DNA of 64,000 nucleotides, from contig DASXZK010000040.1 in NCBI GenBank assembly GCA_036501965.1, forward strand, positions 15,769 to 79,768, written 5' to 3'. A model generated the notes under the pieces. That model was not told the origin of the DNA. It ran no database searches and saw only the letters and a program-made list of their open reading frames with translations. This document shows positions 24,359 through 33,898 of the stretch, piece by piece (within the stretch, counting starts at the first letter, position 1; every line of letters starts with the position of its first letter). Origin of the DNA: Solirubrobacteraceae bacterium. GTDB lineage: Bacteria; Actinomycetota; Thermoleophilia; Solirubrobacterales; Solirubrobacteraceae. Made by a program: the position numbers and the translations under genes.

Positions 24359-26585
24359 CCGCGGCGTCCAGCGCGACCGCTCCGCTGCCGGCCGTGGCGA
24401 TGAGCACGGGGTTGCACTCGACCACCGCGAGCTCGCGCTCGATCAAGAGCTCGCCGATCTGCTGTGCGAGGTGCGCCGCGGCCTGGAGGTCGAGCGGCGG
24501 GCGGCCGCGTCCACCGGTGAGCATCGGCGCGCCCCGGAGCTGTGTGATCGCCTGTTCGATCCGGTGTGCGTCCGCGGGCAGCGGCACGACCGCCACGTCG
24601 CTGAGGAGCTCGGTCCAGATCCCGCCCAGGCCGATCACCAGCGCGGGGACGACTCCGTCGCGGTGGGCGGCCACGATCAGCTCCAGCTCGCCGTGGGCCA
24701 TGGTTTCGGCGAGCACGACGCCGCCGTGCTCGGCCGCGAGGTTTTGGAGGCGCCGGTGGGCGTCGGCGATCTGATCGGGGTCGCTGAGCCCGATGACGAC
24801 CCCGCCGATCTCGGACTTGTGCTGGACCGAGGCGGCGCTCACCTTCAGCACGAGCGGACCGCCGAGCGCTGTGGCGTCCTCGGGCGTGGTGACGACCCGC
24901 CCGGCGGGGACGGCGATCCCGGCGTCGTGCAGCAGCGCCTTGGCCTCGTGCTCGGGGAGCCACTGGCCTGGGGGTGCCTGCGCGGCGGGTGCCGCGTTGC
25001 CGCGCGCCGTGGACGCGATCGCACGCAACCGCTCGCCCCGGCCCAGCTTGCCGTCGTGCTGTGCGCGTTCGAGCAGCGCCTGGGCACACCGCACACCGGT
25101 GCGCAGCCCCGCGACCGCGGGCACGCCGGCGACCGCGAAGTCGGCGGCGGCCTGGTCGTCGAGCAACTCCGGCAGGGTGGACGAGACGAGCGTGACCGCG
25201 TCGCTGCGGTCCGCGCCGAGCTGGATCCCCTCGCACACCGCGGCCCACGACTCGGCTGCGGCACCGGTGAGTCCTTCCGGCTGGTCGTAGAAGACGAGCA
25301 CCGCGTCGATCGCGGGGTCGGCGCCCATTGTCTGCACCAGGCCCGCCAGCGCATCGACGTCACCCCAGATCATCGAGGTGTAGTCGAGCGGATTGGCCGC
25401 GGTGGCGGCGCTCGGGAGCAGCGTCTCGAGCTGCGCGAGCGTCTCGGGCTGCAGTTCGGGCAGCGCGACCCCGATTCGGGCCGCTTCGTCGGCGCCCTGG
25501 GCGGAGTCGCCGCCCGAGCAGGTCATGATCGCCAGGCCGCCGCCGGGAGCAGGCGGCGGTGGGGAAGCGGGCGAGGGACGGGGCGGGGAAGAGGGCGAGG
25601 GCGGGGAAGGTTTGTCCGTCTCAGGCGGACAAAGGTTCCCCGCCGCCGCCCCCGTCGCGCGTCGTGGCTGCTTCACCGCGAGCGTCTTGGTCAGCTCGAG
25701 CAGTTCGTGGACGTCATCGGCCCAGAACCCGCCGGCCTCGTCGATCAGGCTGCGGAACACGCGCTGGTCGCCCGCGAGCGCGCCACTGTGAGCGGCGGCC
25801 GCCCGCGCACCCGTCGCCGAGCGCCCGACCTTCAGCACGACGACCGGCACGTGTGCGTCTGCACACGCCGCCAGGCCGTCGAGCAGCCCGGCGCCGCCGT
25901 CGTCTTCCAGATAGAGCGCCACCGCGCCGAGGTCGTCCTGGCGCGCGAGCGTCTGCAGGTAGTCGGCGCTCGACAGCACCAACTGATTGCCGCTCGCGAT
26001 CACGGTGTGGAACCGCAGTCCCCGCCGCGCGGCGAGCGCGTTCACCGCGACGTTGCCGCTCTGGGAGATGAGCGCCACGCGCCCTCCCTGTTGGGCGGCG
26101 AGCGCGTCACCCCACAGCGCCACCCGGCGGCCGGGGGAGACGATGCCGTTGCAGTTGGGACCGCACACGGGCAGCCCGTGACGCGCCGCGGCCTCGACCA
26201 GGTCACGGGCGTAGCCGATCCCGGACGCGACCTCGTCGAAGCCCGCGCTGAACACGACCGCGCCGCCGCAGCCGCGCGCGCCGGCCTGGTCGATCGTCGC
26301 CGCCACGCCCGCCGCGGGGATCGCGACGATCACCGCGTCCACGGGTTCGGGCAGCTCGGCGACCGACGGGACGCAGGGCCGGCCGAGCACCTCGCTGCGG
26401 CTGGGGTTGACGCCCCATACGGTCCCTTCGAACCCGATCTCGGCGAGGTTGAGCAGCGCCTGCGCGCCGTAGCTGCCCTCGCGGTCGGTCGCGCCGACGA
26501 CCGCGACCGACCGCGGCTGGAGCATGCGCTCCAGCGACGGGGCCGCCGCCGGCGCGGCGTCCGGGGCCTGGGTCCCGGCGCTCAA
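24342..26585 (-). CDS. Acyl-CoA synthetase (NDP-forming, CoA-binding plus ATP-grasp; start approximate)
   Basis: PRSVAVVGAT, GPNCNG, SQSG, HSGALAG, NPLDY, HKSEIGGV, ECNP; Pro-rich insert at about 25545-25665. Confidence 0.88.
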   Translation of the reverse strand: MSAGTQAPDAAPAAAPSLERMLQPRSVAVVGATDREGSYGAQALLNLAEIGFEGTVWGVNPSRSEVLGRPCVPSVAELPEPVDAVIVAIPAAGVAATIDQAGARGCGGAVVFSAGFDEVASGIGYARDLVEAAARHGLPVCGPNCNGIVSPGRRVALWGDALAAQQGGRVALISQSGNVAVNALAARRGLRFHTVIASGNQLVLSSADYLQTLARQDDLGAVALYLEDDGGAGLLDGLAACADAHVPVVVLKVGRSATGARAAAAHSGALAGDQRVFRSLIDEAGGFWADDVHELLELTKTLAVKQPRRATGAAAGNLCPPETDKPSPPSPSSPPRPSPASPPPPAPGGGLAIMTCSGGDSAQGADEAARIGVALPELQPETLAQLETLLPSAATAANPLDYTSMIWGDVDALAGLVQTMGADPAIDAVLVFYDQPEGLTGAAAESWAAVCEGIQLGADRSDAVTLVSSTLPELLDDQAAADFAVAGVPAVAGLRTGVRCAQALLERAQHDGKLGRGERLRAIASTARGNAAPAAQAPPGQWLPEHEAKALLHDAGIAVPAGRVVTTPEDATALGGPLVLKVSAASVQHKSEIGGVVIGLSDPDQIADAHRRLQNLAAEHGGVVLAETMAHGELELIVAAHRDGVVPALVIGLGGIWTELLSDVAVVPLPADAHRIEQAITQLRGAPMLTGGRGRPPLDLQAAAHLAQQIGELLIERELAVVECNPVLIATAGSGAVALDAAVRLGG

Positions 26586-27772
26586 TGGATCGTCGCCTCG
26601 ACGCCGCGCCGCTCGAGAGCTCGCGCGATGATCAGCCGCTGGATCTCGCTCGTGCCCTCCCAGATGCGGTCGACGCGCAGCTCGCGGTTGAACCGCTCGG
26701 CGACGAACGACCGCATGTAGCCGCGGCCGCCGAACGCCTGCACCGCGCGGTCTGCGCACCGGCCGGCCGCCTCGGAGACGAACAGCTTGGCCATCGAGGC
26801 CTTGGCGTGGACGAGCTTCGGATCGGCGCCGGAGTCGACCATCGCGCACACCTGTAGCGCGAGCAGGCGTCCGGCCGCAGCGTCGGTGGCGGAGTCCGCC
26901 AGCGGGAACGAGATCCCCTGGTAGTCCATGATCCGGTGCTCGCCCTGCTTGCGGTGCAGCGCCCAGTCGGTCGTCTCCTCCAGCAGTCGCCACATGGCGC
27001 CCAGGCCGTGGGTGGCGATCCCGAGTCGCTCCTCGGTGAACCAGCGGCGCTGCAGCGCATCGCCGTTGCCGAGGCCGCCGATCACCGCGTCTGAGTCAAC
27101 TCGCACGTCGGTGAAACGGATCGTCGGGTGCCCATGGGGGTAGTTGTGGGTGAACTGCGGGTCGTCGACGAACTCGACGCCGTCGGCGCCCGGCTCGACC
27201 AGCAGCAGCGTCGGCAGCTTCTCCTCGCCGTCGATCACGTTGGCCATCACGATGAGCACGCGCGCGACGTCGCCGGAGGTCACGAACCACTTCTCGCCGT
27301 TGATCCGGTAGCCGTCGCCGTCAGGGGTCGCGGTGCTGGCGATCCCACCGGGGTCCGAGCCGGCCTCGGCCTCGGTGACCGCGTACGCGTCGCCTCCCTG
27401 GCCGGCGAGCGCCTGCGGCACGTAGCGCTCGACCTGTGCCTCGGTCGCGTCCTCCCACACGTTGTAGACGCTCGGCACGTGCCAGTGCAGTCCGTTGGTC
27501 GTGCGGCCGAACTGCTCGTTGACCAGGAACCACTCGGTCATCGTCCAGCCCTGACCGCCGTAGCGGGCCGGGATCCGTCCGCCGTGCAGGTTGGCGGCGA
27601 TGGCGGCCTGCTGGATGCGGGTGACGGTCTCCTTATCGAGCCGGCCCGAGGTGGCCTCGGCCTGCTGCTCGAGCGGGATCAGCACCGTGTCGACGAACTC
27701 ACGGGCGCGCTGCTGGAGCGCGAGCTGCTCGTCGGTGAACTGCGCCGTCGGATCGGCGGCGATCGTGGTCAT
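26582..27772 (-). CDS. Acyl-CoA dehydrogenase
   Basis: AVTEAEAGSD, INGEKWFVT, AVQAFGGRGY, RIWEGTSEIQR. Confidence 0.95.
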   Translation of the reverse strand: MTTIAADPTAQFTDEQLALQQRAREFVDTVLIPLEQQAEATSGRLDKETVTRIQQAAIAANLHGGRIPARYGGQGWTMTEWFLVNEQFGRTTNGLHWHVPSVYNVWEDATEAQVERYVPQALAGQGGDAYAVTEAEAGSDPGGIASTATPDGDGYRINGEKWFVTSGDVARVLIVMANVIDGEEKLPTLLLVEPGADGVEFVDDPQFTHNYPHGHPTIRFTDVRVDSDAVIGGLGNGDALQRRWFTEERLGIATHGLGAMWRLLEETTDWALHRKQGEHRIMDYQGISFPLADSATDAAAGRLLALQVCAMVDSGADPKLVHAKASMAKLFVSEAAGRCADRAVQAFGGRGYMRSFVAERFNRELRVDRIWEGTSEIQRLIIARALERRGVEATIH

Positions 27773-28146
27773 GCGAGTTTCTCCTCGGGGTCGTCGAGCT
27801 CCGCCAGGCGGGCCCGGTCATGTGTCGTCAGCGCAGCTCCCGGACCTGGGAGCCCCAACAGCAGGTTGTGGTGGTTGGTCAGCACGACGCGTGCCCGCGC
27901 GCGGGCACGTGCGACATCCGGGTCGTCGTCACCGGTGCGGCGTTCGATCAGCTCGAGCACCTCGCGCAGGTAGCTCAGCCACCGGCGCAGGCCGCTCCGG
28001 AGCACGATCGTCTGCAGCCGCAGACGCTCGGCGCGGACGGCGTCGTCGCCGATCAGATGGCCTGCGGAGAGCACGGCCACCGCTCGCGGGAGCTCGCGCT
28101 CGGGCTCAGGAGTGATCGACAGCCATGCCGCTCGTCGGATCGCCAT
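27769..28146 (-). CDS. Hypothetical protein (125 aa)
   Basis: TAGTGT-N7-ATG leaderless start; stop overlaps the acyl-CoA dehydrogenase start. Confidence 0.6.
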   Translation of the reverse strand: MAIRRAAWLSITPEPERELPRAVAVLSAGHLIGDDAVRAERLRLQTIVLRSGLRRWLSYLREVLELIERRTGDDDPDVARARARARVVLTNHHNLLLGLPGPGAALTTHDRARLAELDDPEEKLA

Positions 28147-28164
28147 GTCGCGTACACTACAGCA

Positions 28165-28184
28165 ACTGATCACAAAGTCAGGAA
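28165..28184. promoter_or_regulatory. Putative TetR operator ACTGA-N8-TCAGGAA
   Basis: Same motif in reverse orientation at 31917-31936. Confidence 0.6.
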
Positions 28185-28197
28185 CGGAGGAGAGCAC

Positions 28198-29373
28198 ATG
28201 GATCTGGCGGCGAACGGACAGACGGAGAACGCGGAGAGGGTGGGCTTCGGGCGAGCGCTGCACCCGCGGCTCTACACCGACCCCGAGCTCATGGAGGCCG
28301 AGCAGCGGCTGATCTTCGAGCGCACGTGGCAGCTCATCGGGCACGTCTCGGACCTGCCGGCGACCGGCAGCTACATCACCGGCCGGGCGGGCGATCAGCC
28401 GGTGCTTGTCGTGCGTGACGAGCACGGGGATCTGCGCGCTTACCGCAACGTCTGCCGCCACCGCGGCTCACGCCTGCTGAGCGGCTCGGGCCAGTGCAAG
28501 GCCGCACTGCGCTGCCGGTATCACGGCTGGACCTACAAGCTTGACGGGACGCTGATCGGCGTGCCCGAGGGGCTGGCGTTCGGCGAGAAGCTCGACAAGT
28601 CTCGCTACGGGCTGATGGGCGCCCGCGTCGAGGTGCTGTGCGGGCTGGTGTTCGTCAACCTCGACCCGGGCGCCGCGTCGCTGGCCTCGCTGGTGGGCGA
28701 TCTGCCGCAGCGGTTGGCGCGCTACCGGATCGAGACGCTCCAGCCGTTCGCCCCCGCGACCGGGACCCAGCCGGCGAACTGGAAGGCCGTCGCCGACAAC
28801 TACCTGGAGGGCTACCACGTCCCGATCGCTCATCCCGGGCTGATGCGGATGTACGACTACCGCAACTACACCTCTGAGCTGCACGAGGACTGGGTGTGGA
28901 TCGAGGCGCCGATGCGCGACAAGCCGAGCTCCAACCGCCTTGAGCGGCTGTACGGTCAGCTCGTGACCTCGATGCCCGGCCTGAGCGACGAGGATCGCCG
29001 CATCTGGCGCTACGTGTTCATCTATCCGAACACGACGATCGACCTCTACCCCGACCAGGTGACGACCTGGCAGATGCTGCCCGACGGGGTGGCGAGGACC
29101 GCCGACACGTTCGGCAGCTACCGCGCGCCCGGCGCCGACCCCCGGACGCGCTTCGTCCAGTGGGCCAACCAGCGTCTCAACACGCTCGTCCTTGACGAGG
29201 ACATCGATCTGGTCGACAACGTCCAGCAGGGGCTGCAGACGCGCGGCTACGAGTGCGGGCCGCTGTCCAAGCGCGAGACGGCGGTCGCCTGGTTCGCCGA
29301 TCGCATCCGGCGCGACCTGGCGCCCGCGCTCGGGGAGTCCGCCGAGCCGGTGCCTGAGCCGAGCGCGGCCTGA
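28198..29373 (+). CDS. Rieske non-heme iron oxygenase alpha subunit (choline monooxygenase / CntA / GbcA-like)
   Basis: NVCRHRG...CRYHGW Rieske motif; NWKAVADNYLEGYHVPIAHP; EDIDLVDNVQQGL. Confidence 0.93.
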   Translation: MDLAANGQTENAERVGFGRALHPRLYTDPELMEAEQRLIFERTWQLIGHVSDLPATGSYITGRAGDQPVLVVRDEHGDLRAYRNVCRHRGSRLLSGSGQCKAALRCRYHGWTYKLDGTLIGVPEGLAFGEKLDKSRYGLMGARVEVLCGLVFVNLDPGAASLASLVGDLPQRLARYRIETLQPFAPATGTQPANWKAVADNYLEGYHVPIAHPGLMRMYDYRNYTSELHEDWVWIEAPMRDKPSSNRLERLYGQLVTSMPGLSDEDRRIWRYVFIYPNTTIDLYPDQVTTWQMLPDGVARTADTFGSYRAPGADPRTRFVQWANQRLNTLVLDEDIDLVDNVQQGLQTRGYECGPLSKRETAVAWFADRIRRDLAPALGESAEPVPEPSAA

Positions 29374-29387
29374 GCGTCGCGAGGTGA

Positions 29388-29473
29388 CGTGAGCACCCGC
29401 GCATCGGAGACCGAGCAGGACGCCGAGCGGCCGTGAGCACCCGCGCATCGGAGACCGAGCAGGGCACCGAGCG
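29388..29473. repeat. Tandem duplication of the TetR 5' end (about 42 bp unit, 44 bp period)
   Basis: CGTGAGCACCCGCGCATCGGAGACCGAGCAGG occurs at 29388 and 29432. Confidence 0.9.
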
Positions 29474-30080
29474 CGGGGCCGCGGCGCGCGAGCGGATCCT
29501 GCAGGCCGCCGTGCGAGCGATTGCCCGTGACGGGATCGACGGCCTGCGGATCGCTCGCATCGCGACCGAGGCCGGCGTCTCCAGCGCGCTCGTGCACTAC
29601 CACTTCGCCGACCGCGAGCAGCTGCTGGCCGAGACGATCGAGTACTCCTACGCCCGCGCCGGCGATGCGCGGATCGACGACGCGCCGGAGGAGCCCGGTG
29701 GCACTCACGGCTCACGGCTGGCGGCGATGATCGAGACCTGCCTGCCGACGACCGACGCCCTGGCCGAGGACTGGGTGCTGTGGATGGAGCTGTGGCTGCG
29801 CGCAGTGCGCCACCCCGAGCTCCGGCCGGTCGCCGAGGAGCTCTACGCCCGGATGCACGACTGGTTCGTGGCGGAGATCCGCGCCGGGGTGGCCGACGGC
29901 GAGTTTGAGCGCTGCGACCCCGACGAGGTCGCCGACCGCACGCTCGCTCTGCTCGACGGCTACGGCGTGCGCACGATGATCGGGGACGGGACGATCCCGC
30001 TGGAGCGGGCGCGGCGGGCCGTGTCGGCCCAGCTGGCGCACGACCTGGGGCTGGGGGAGGGGCTCGAGCCCTCCGTGTGA
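29433..30080 (+). CDS. TetR-family regulator (BetI-type C-terminus)
   Basis: RERILQAA...GVSSALVHYHF; WVLWMELW. Confidence 0.92.
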   Translation: MSTRASETEQGTERGAAARERILQAAVRAIARDGIDGLRIARIATEAGVSSALVHYHFADREQLLAETIEYSYARAGDARIDDAPEEPGGTHGSRLAAMIETCLPTTDALAEDWVLWMELWLRAVRHPELRPVAEELYARMHDWFVAEIRAGVADGEFERCDPDEVADRTLALLDGYGVRTMIGDGTIPLERARRAVSAQLAHDLGLGEGLEPSV

Positions 30081-30274
30081 GCTCGCCGCTCGGGATCAAG
30101 GTGCACGTGCCGTTCTGCGCGGTGCGCTGCGGGTACTGCGACTTCATCGGCGACCGCGTCCAGCTGACCCGCGAGGGGCGCCTGTTCGCCGACGCGGTGG
30201 TGCGCGCACTCTCGGGGGTGAGGGGCCGCGTCCCGCCCAGTGCCGGCGGCCACGGCCGTCGGCCGCGACTCTGA
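30077..30274 (+). pseudogene. hemW: HemW/HemN radical-SAM remnant with large internal deletion
   Basis: N-terminal VHVPFCAVRCGYCDF (CxxxCxxC) fused directly to the C-terminal RVQLTREGRLFADAVVR. Confidence 0.75.
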
Positions 30275-30524
30275 GCGCCAAACCCGGCGATACGCCGGAT
30301 AAGGCGCTCACAGTGACCGCCGCGGAGTGCACGTCCGGGGAGTTGGAGCGTCGTTCGGTCGTCATGCGACCGTGATCCGCTTCGAGTGGCCGGACCGGGA
30401 CGGGGCGAGGGCACTCGGGGAGCCTGAGACCGCCATGCGCGGCTCGAAGTTCCCAGAGTGGCGGTGCCCGGGGCACTCTGGGAACCCCAGGCCGCCGTGC
30501 GCGGCTCGAAGTTCCCAGAGTGGC
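30266..30524. repeat. Array of about four REP-like hairpins (last two are near-identical copies at 62-bp spacing)
   Basis: CACTCTGGGAAC...GTTCCCAGAGTG and ACTCTGAGCGCC...GGCGCTCACAGT stems; located between convergent genes. Confidence 0.75.
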
Positions 30525-30537
30525 CGGGCGGCGGGGC

Positions 30538-31860
30538 TCAGGCGGGGGACCCGGCCCGCAGCGCCGCTCGCGCGGCGCCGCGGCCGGTCCGAACTGCGCC
30601 CTCCATGTAGCCCGCGAGCCATTGGTCGGAGCCGGCGACGTAGAACGGCGGCTCGTGGGTGCCGTGCAGCGGTCCGACCCGGTGTACGTCGCCGGGTGCC
30701 CAGCTCGTGATGTAGCCCTGGGTGAACGGGTCGACGCCCCAGGCGTGCTCCAGCAGCGCGTCGGGCGCCGCTGCCTGCTCGCCATACAGAGCCACGAGGC
30801 CGTCCACCACCGAGGCGCGACGCGCGGCAGCCGGGGCGGCGATGAACGGGCCGAGCCGCTCGGGCGGGACGAGGATCGAGAGCACGCCGGGCGACTGCGG
30901 CCACGTCGAGCCGAACAGCCACTCCGCCTCGGCCAGTCCGTTCTGCCCGGTCGCCTGCCAGAACGGTTCGCCGAACGCCGCCACCACCTTGGCCGCCAGC
31001 GCGTGACGCTGGCTGGCCAGGGAGGCGAGCCGGGAGTCGGAGACGCCGCTCAAAGAGACGTCTCGCAGCGGCCCGGCAGGCAGTGCGCAGACGACCGCCT
31101 CGGCGCTGAGCTCCTCGCCGTCGGCGAGGGTGACCACGACCTCCGAGGCCGAGACCACGTCGACCGCGCGGACGATCGCATCAAGCCGCACCCGCCCGAC
31201 GAGCTCCTCGCCGAGCCGCTGGACGACCGCCGCGGAGCCCTCGGAGCAGCGCAGGCCCTCCCAGGCGCCGAGGTCGTAGAACGCCTCGCCCGGCAGGAAC
31301 GCGTGCTTGCGGAGCTCGGACAGGAGGGAAGTGCGCTCGGGGCTGTCACAGGACAGCGACAGCGAGGCCAGCTCGTGGCGGCGGTGGACCGCGGGCAGCG
31401 CGTGGTGCGCCCGCATCCAGTCGCCCAGGGACAGCCGGTCAAGGTGTGCCGCGTCGGGGTGACTCCAAGGGTCGTCCGGATCGACCGTCGCCGCCAGCCG
31501 TTCGAACTCGCCCTCGATCCGGGCCGCGTCTGCGCGCTCCTGTTCGGTCATCCAGGGTGCCTCGTCGCCGATCCAGACGCCCTCGGCGAGTCCCCAGCTG
31601 AGCTCGCCTGGGTCGGCCACGTAGCTGGGCTCGAGCGTCAGTCCGAGCTCGGCGCAGAGCTCGCGGTAGGCGGTGTGCGCCTCGCCGACGACCTCGCCGC
31701 CCATCTGCACCTGCCGACCGTCTTCGAGCGTCTCTGTGTGGACGCGCCCGCCGATCCGCGATCGCGCCTCCAGTACGAGCACCTCCGCGCCCCCGGCCTG
31801 CAGGTCGCGCGCCGCCGACAATCCGGCCAGGCCAGCGCCCAGCACCAGTACATCCCTCAT
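30538..31860 (-). CDS. Flavin-containing monoamine/putrescine oxidase family protein
   Basis: VLVLGAGLAGLSAA, EARSRIGGR, WGVDPFTQG, GYMEGAVRTG. Confidence 0.92.
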   Translation of the reverse strand: MRDVLVLGAGLAGLSAARDLQAGGAEVLVLEARSRIGGRVHTETLEDGRQVQMGGEVVGEAHTAYRELCAELGLTLEPSYVADPGELSWGLAEGVWIGDEAPWMTEQERADAARIEGEFERLAATVDPDDPWSHPDAAHLDRLSLGDWMRAHHALPAVHRRHELASLSLSCDSPERTSLLSELRKHAFLPGEAFYDLGAWEGLRCSEGSAAVVQRLGEELVGRVRLDAIVRAVDVVSASEVVVTLADGEELSAEAVVCALPAGPLRDVSLSGVSDSRLASLASQRHALAAKVVAAFGEPFWQATGQNGLAEAEWLFGSTWPQSPGVLSILVPPERLGPFIAAPAAARRASVVDGLVALYGEQAAAPDALLEHAWGVDPFTQGYITSWAPGDVHRVGPLHGTHEPPFYVAGSDQWLAGYMEGAVRTGRGAARAALRAGSPA

Positions 31861-31916
31861 TGAAATCCTCTCCGGTCCCGGAGTCGCTTGACAGGTGTCC
31901 GTCGTCTCGACTACGT

Positions 31917-31946
31917 TTCCTGAACCGCGAGTCAGTATACCCTGAC
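31917..31946. promoter_or_regulatory. Putative TetR operator TTCCTGA-N8-TCAGT with overlapping GTCAG-N6-CTGAC palindrome
   Basis: In the divergent promoter between the amine oxidase and TetR; mirrors 28165-28184. Confidence 0.6.
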
Positions 31947-31973
31947 AGCGACGCACGGAGGAGAGCTCACCCA

Positions 31974-32612
31974 GTGAGTCCGCGCCCAAAGCTCGATCAT
32001 CTGCGAAAGCCACAGATCGTCTCGGCGGCTGCCGAGGTCATGTACGAACGAGGTCTGTTTGACACCCGCATCGGTGACATCGCCGAGCGCGCAGGGACGA
32101 GCGCTCCGACGATTCTCTACTACTTCGACTCCAAGGATCGGCTGCTCGAAGAGGCCGTCGCCTTCGCAGACGCGGAGTTCTATGGGCGGCTGTCGGAAGG
32201 TCAGGCGCGGATCGAGTCACCGGCCGCGCGGTTGGTGCACCTGATCGAGGAGACGAGCCTTGGCCCGGGTGGCCTCAACGACTACACGCTGTGGATGGAG
32301 ATCTGGGTCCGCGCGCGCCGTGACGCCAAGGTTCGTCACTCCTACTTCGGCCTGGACCGCCGCCAGCGCGGCCTGATCGCCGAGATCGTCATCGCCGGTC
32401 AGGAGGCCGGAGAGTTCCACGACGATGTCGACCCGGACGACTTCGCTCTGATGCTGAGCGGCATGCTCGACGGCCTCGGCGTCCAGGTGACACTTGGCCA
32501 GCCCGACGTCTCGCCCGAGCGACTGGTCGAGTGCTGCCTGCGCCTGGCGTCACGTGAGCTCGGCTACCCCTTCAGTCGTCGTCCCCCCACCGAACAGGAG
32601 GCAACGGCGTGA
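31974..32612 (+). CDS. TetR-family regulator (BetI-type)
   Basis: RKPQIVSAA...GTSAPTILYYF; LWMEIW; GGAGG RBS. Confidence 0.92.
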   Translation: MSPRPKLDHLRKPQIVSAAAEVMYERGLFDTRIGDIAERAGTSAPTILYYFDSKDRLLEEAVAFADAEFYGRLSEGQARIESPAARLVHLIEETSLGPGGLNDYTLWMEIWVRARRDAKVRHSYFGLDRRQRGLIAEIVIAGQEAGEFHDDVDPDDFALMLSGMLDGLGVQVTLGQPDVSPERLVECCLRLASRELGYPFSRRPPTEQEATA

Positions 32613-33898
32613 GCCACCCGCGAGAACCCCGCGCCGGTTCGACCCGGCGCTCCTTCCTGCGCCGCGCCGGGACCGCCGCCGGCGCTCTGACAGTCCCTGG
32701 GGTGCTCGCCGCGTGCGGCACGACGGCGCCACTGCCGCCGCCCGGTGGTGCAACCTCGGGCGCGACTGCCGGCGACGGGCCGGGCGGCCTCGCGCTCGCG
32801 CGTCCCGACGTCCCGGTCGCGTTGCCGATCTATAAGGACAACCCGGCGATCAAGTCGGGGCTCAAGCCCGAAAAGGGGCCGCTGCAGCTCTACAACTGGC
32901 TCGAGTACATCAACCCCGCCGTCATCAAGTCGTTCGAGAAGAAGTACGGGGTGGGCGTCCAGATCTCGACGTTCAACACGATTGACGAGGCGGTGGCGAA
33001 GATCGAGTCTGGAGACGTGCAGTTCGACGTGTTCGTGCCCGAGCTCGTCTACCTCGAGCGGCTCGTCGTCGGCAAGCTGCTCGCGCCGCTCAACCTCGAT
33101 TACATCCCCAACCTCGAGGCCAACGTGTGGCCGACGCTCGTCAACCCCTGGTACGACTTCGGCAGCCGCTACACGGTTCCGTACACGATCTACACTACCG
33201 GGATCGGCTGGCGCACCGATTACCTGCCGCACTTCAACCCCGAAAAGCTCGCCAAGCCGTGGAGCGCCCTCTGGACAGAGGGTCCACACATCTCCGGCAA
33301 GGTCGGGATGCTCGACGACCAGCACGAGGGCCTCACGATGGGGCTGTTGCACAACGGCGTGACGGATGTGAACACCAGCAACGCCAATGACATCCTGGCG
33401 GCGCAGAAGTCGATCCAGCAGCTCGTCGGCTCCGCCAACCTCAAATTCGACACCAACGAGTACGAGCATCTCGCCGACGGTTCATTGTGGCTGCACCAGG
33501 CCTGGTCGGGCGACATGGCGGTGACCCCCGAATATGCGCCGAAGGGCGTCAAGCCGTCCGCGTTTGCGTACTGGTGGCCCAAGGACGGGCGTGGCCCGAT
33601 CGACAACGACACGCTGGCGATCCTGCACGGTGCGAAGAACCCGGTGCTCGCCCACCTCTTCCTCAATCACGTCATCGACGCGGAGACGGCGTTCACCAAC
33701 TTTGCCTACATCGGCTACCAGCAGCCGCTCAAGGTGATGACCCCGGAGGCGGTCGTGCATCGCCAGCTGGTGGCGCCGAACCTGCGCAACACGCTGATCG
33801 AGGAGGCGCAGTTCAAGAACGGCTACGTCCAGGGACCGCAATCCACCCAGGCGCAGACGCTCTGGGAGAACGCGTGGGCGGCGGTGCAGTCGACGTGA
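32609..33898 (+). CDS. potD: Polyamine ABC transporter substrate-binding lipoprotein (Tat signal)
   Basis: TRRSFLRR plus LAAC lipobox; LYNWLEYI, YTVPYTIYTTGI, QAWSGD. Confidence 0.88.
   Translation: MSHPREPRAGSTRRSFLRRAGTAAGALTVPGVLAACGTTAPLPPPGGATSGATAGDGPGGLALARPDVPVALPIYKDNPAIKSGLKPEKGPLQLYNWLEYINPAVIKSFEKKYGVGVQISTFNTIDEAVAKIESGDVQFDVFVPELVYLERLVVGKLLAPLNLDYIPNLEANVWPTLVNPWYDFGSRYTVPYTIYTTGIGWRTDYLPHFNPEKLAKPWSALWTEGPHISGKVGMLDDQHEGLTMGLLHNGVTDVNTSNANDILAAQKSIQQLVGSANLKFDTNEYEHLADGSLWLHQAWSGDMAVTPEYAPKGVKPSAFAYWWPKDGRGPIDNDTLAILHGAKNPVLAHLFLNHVIDAETAFTNFAYIGYQQPLKVMTPEAVVHRQLVAPNLRNTLIEEAQFKNGYVQGPQSTQAQTLWENAWAAVQST

Noticed and set aside
25545..25665. Purine-rich tract as a separate element
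   Set aside because: In-frame Pro/Ser-rich linker within the acyl-CoA synthetase
30266..30524. Possible CRISPR array
   Set aside because: Units are whole hairpins without constant repeat and unique spacer structure; no cas genes in the window
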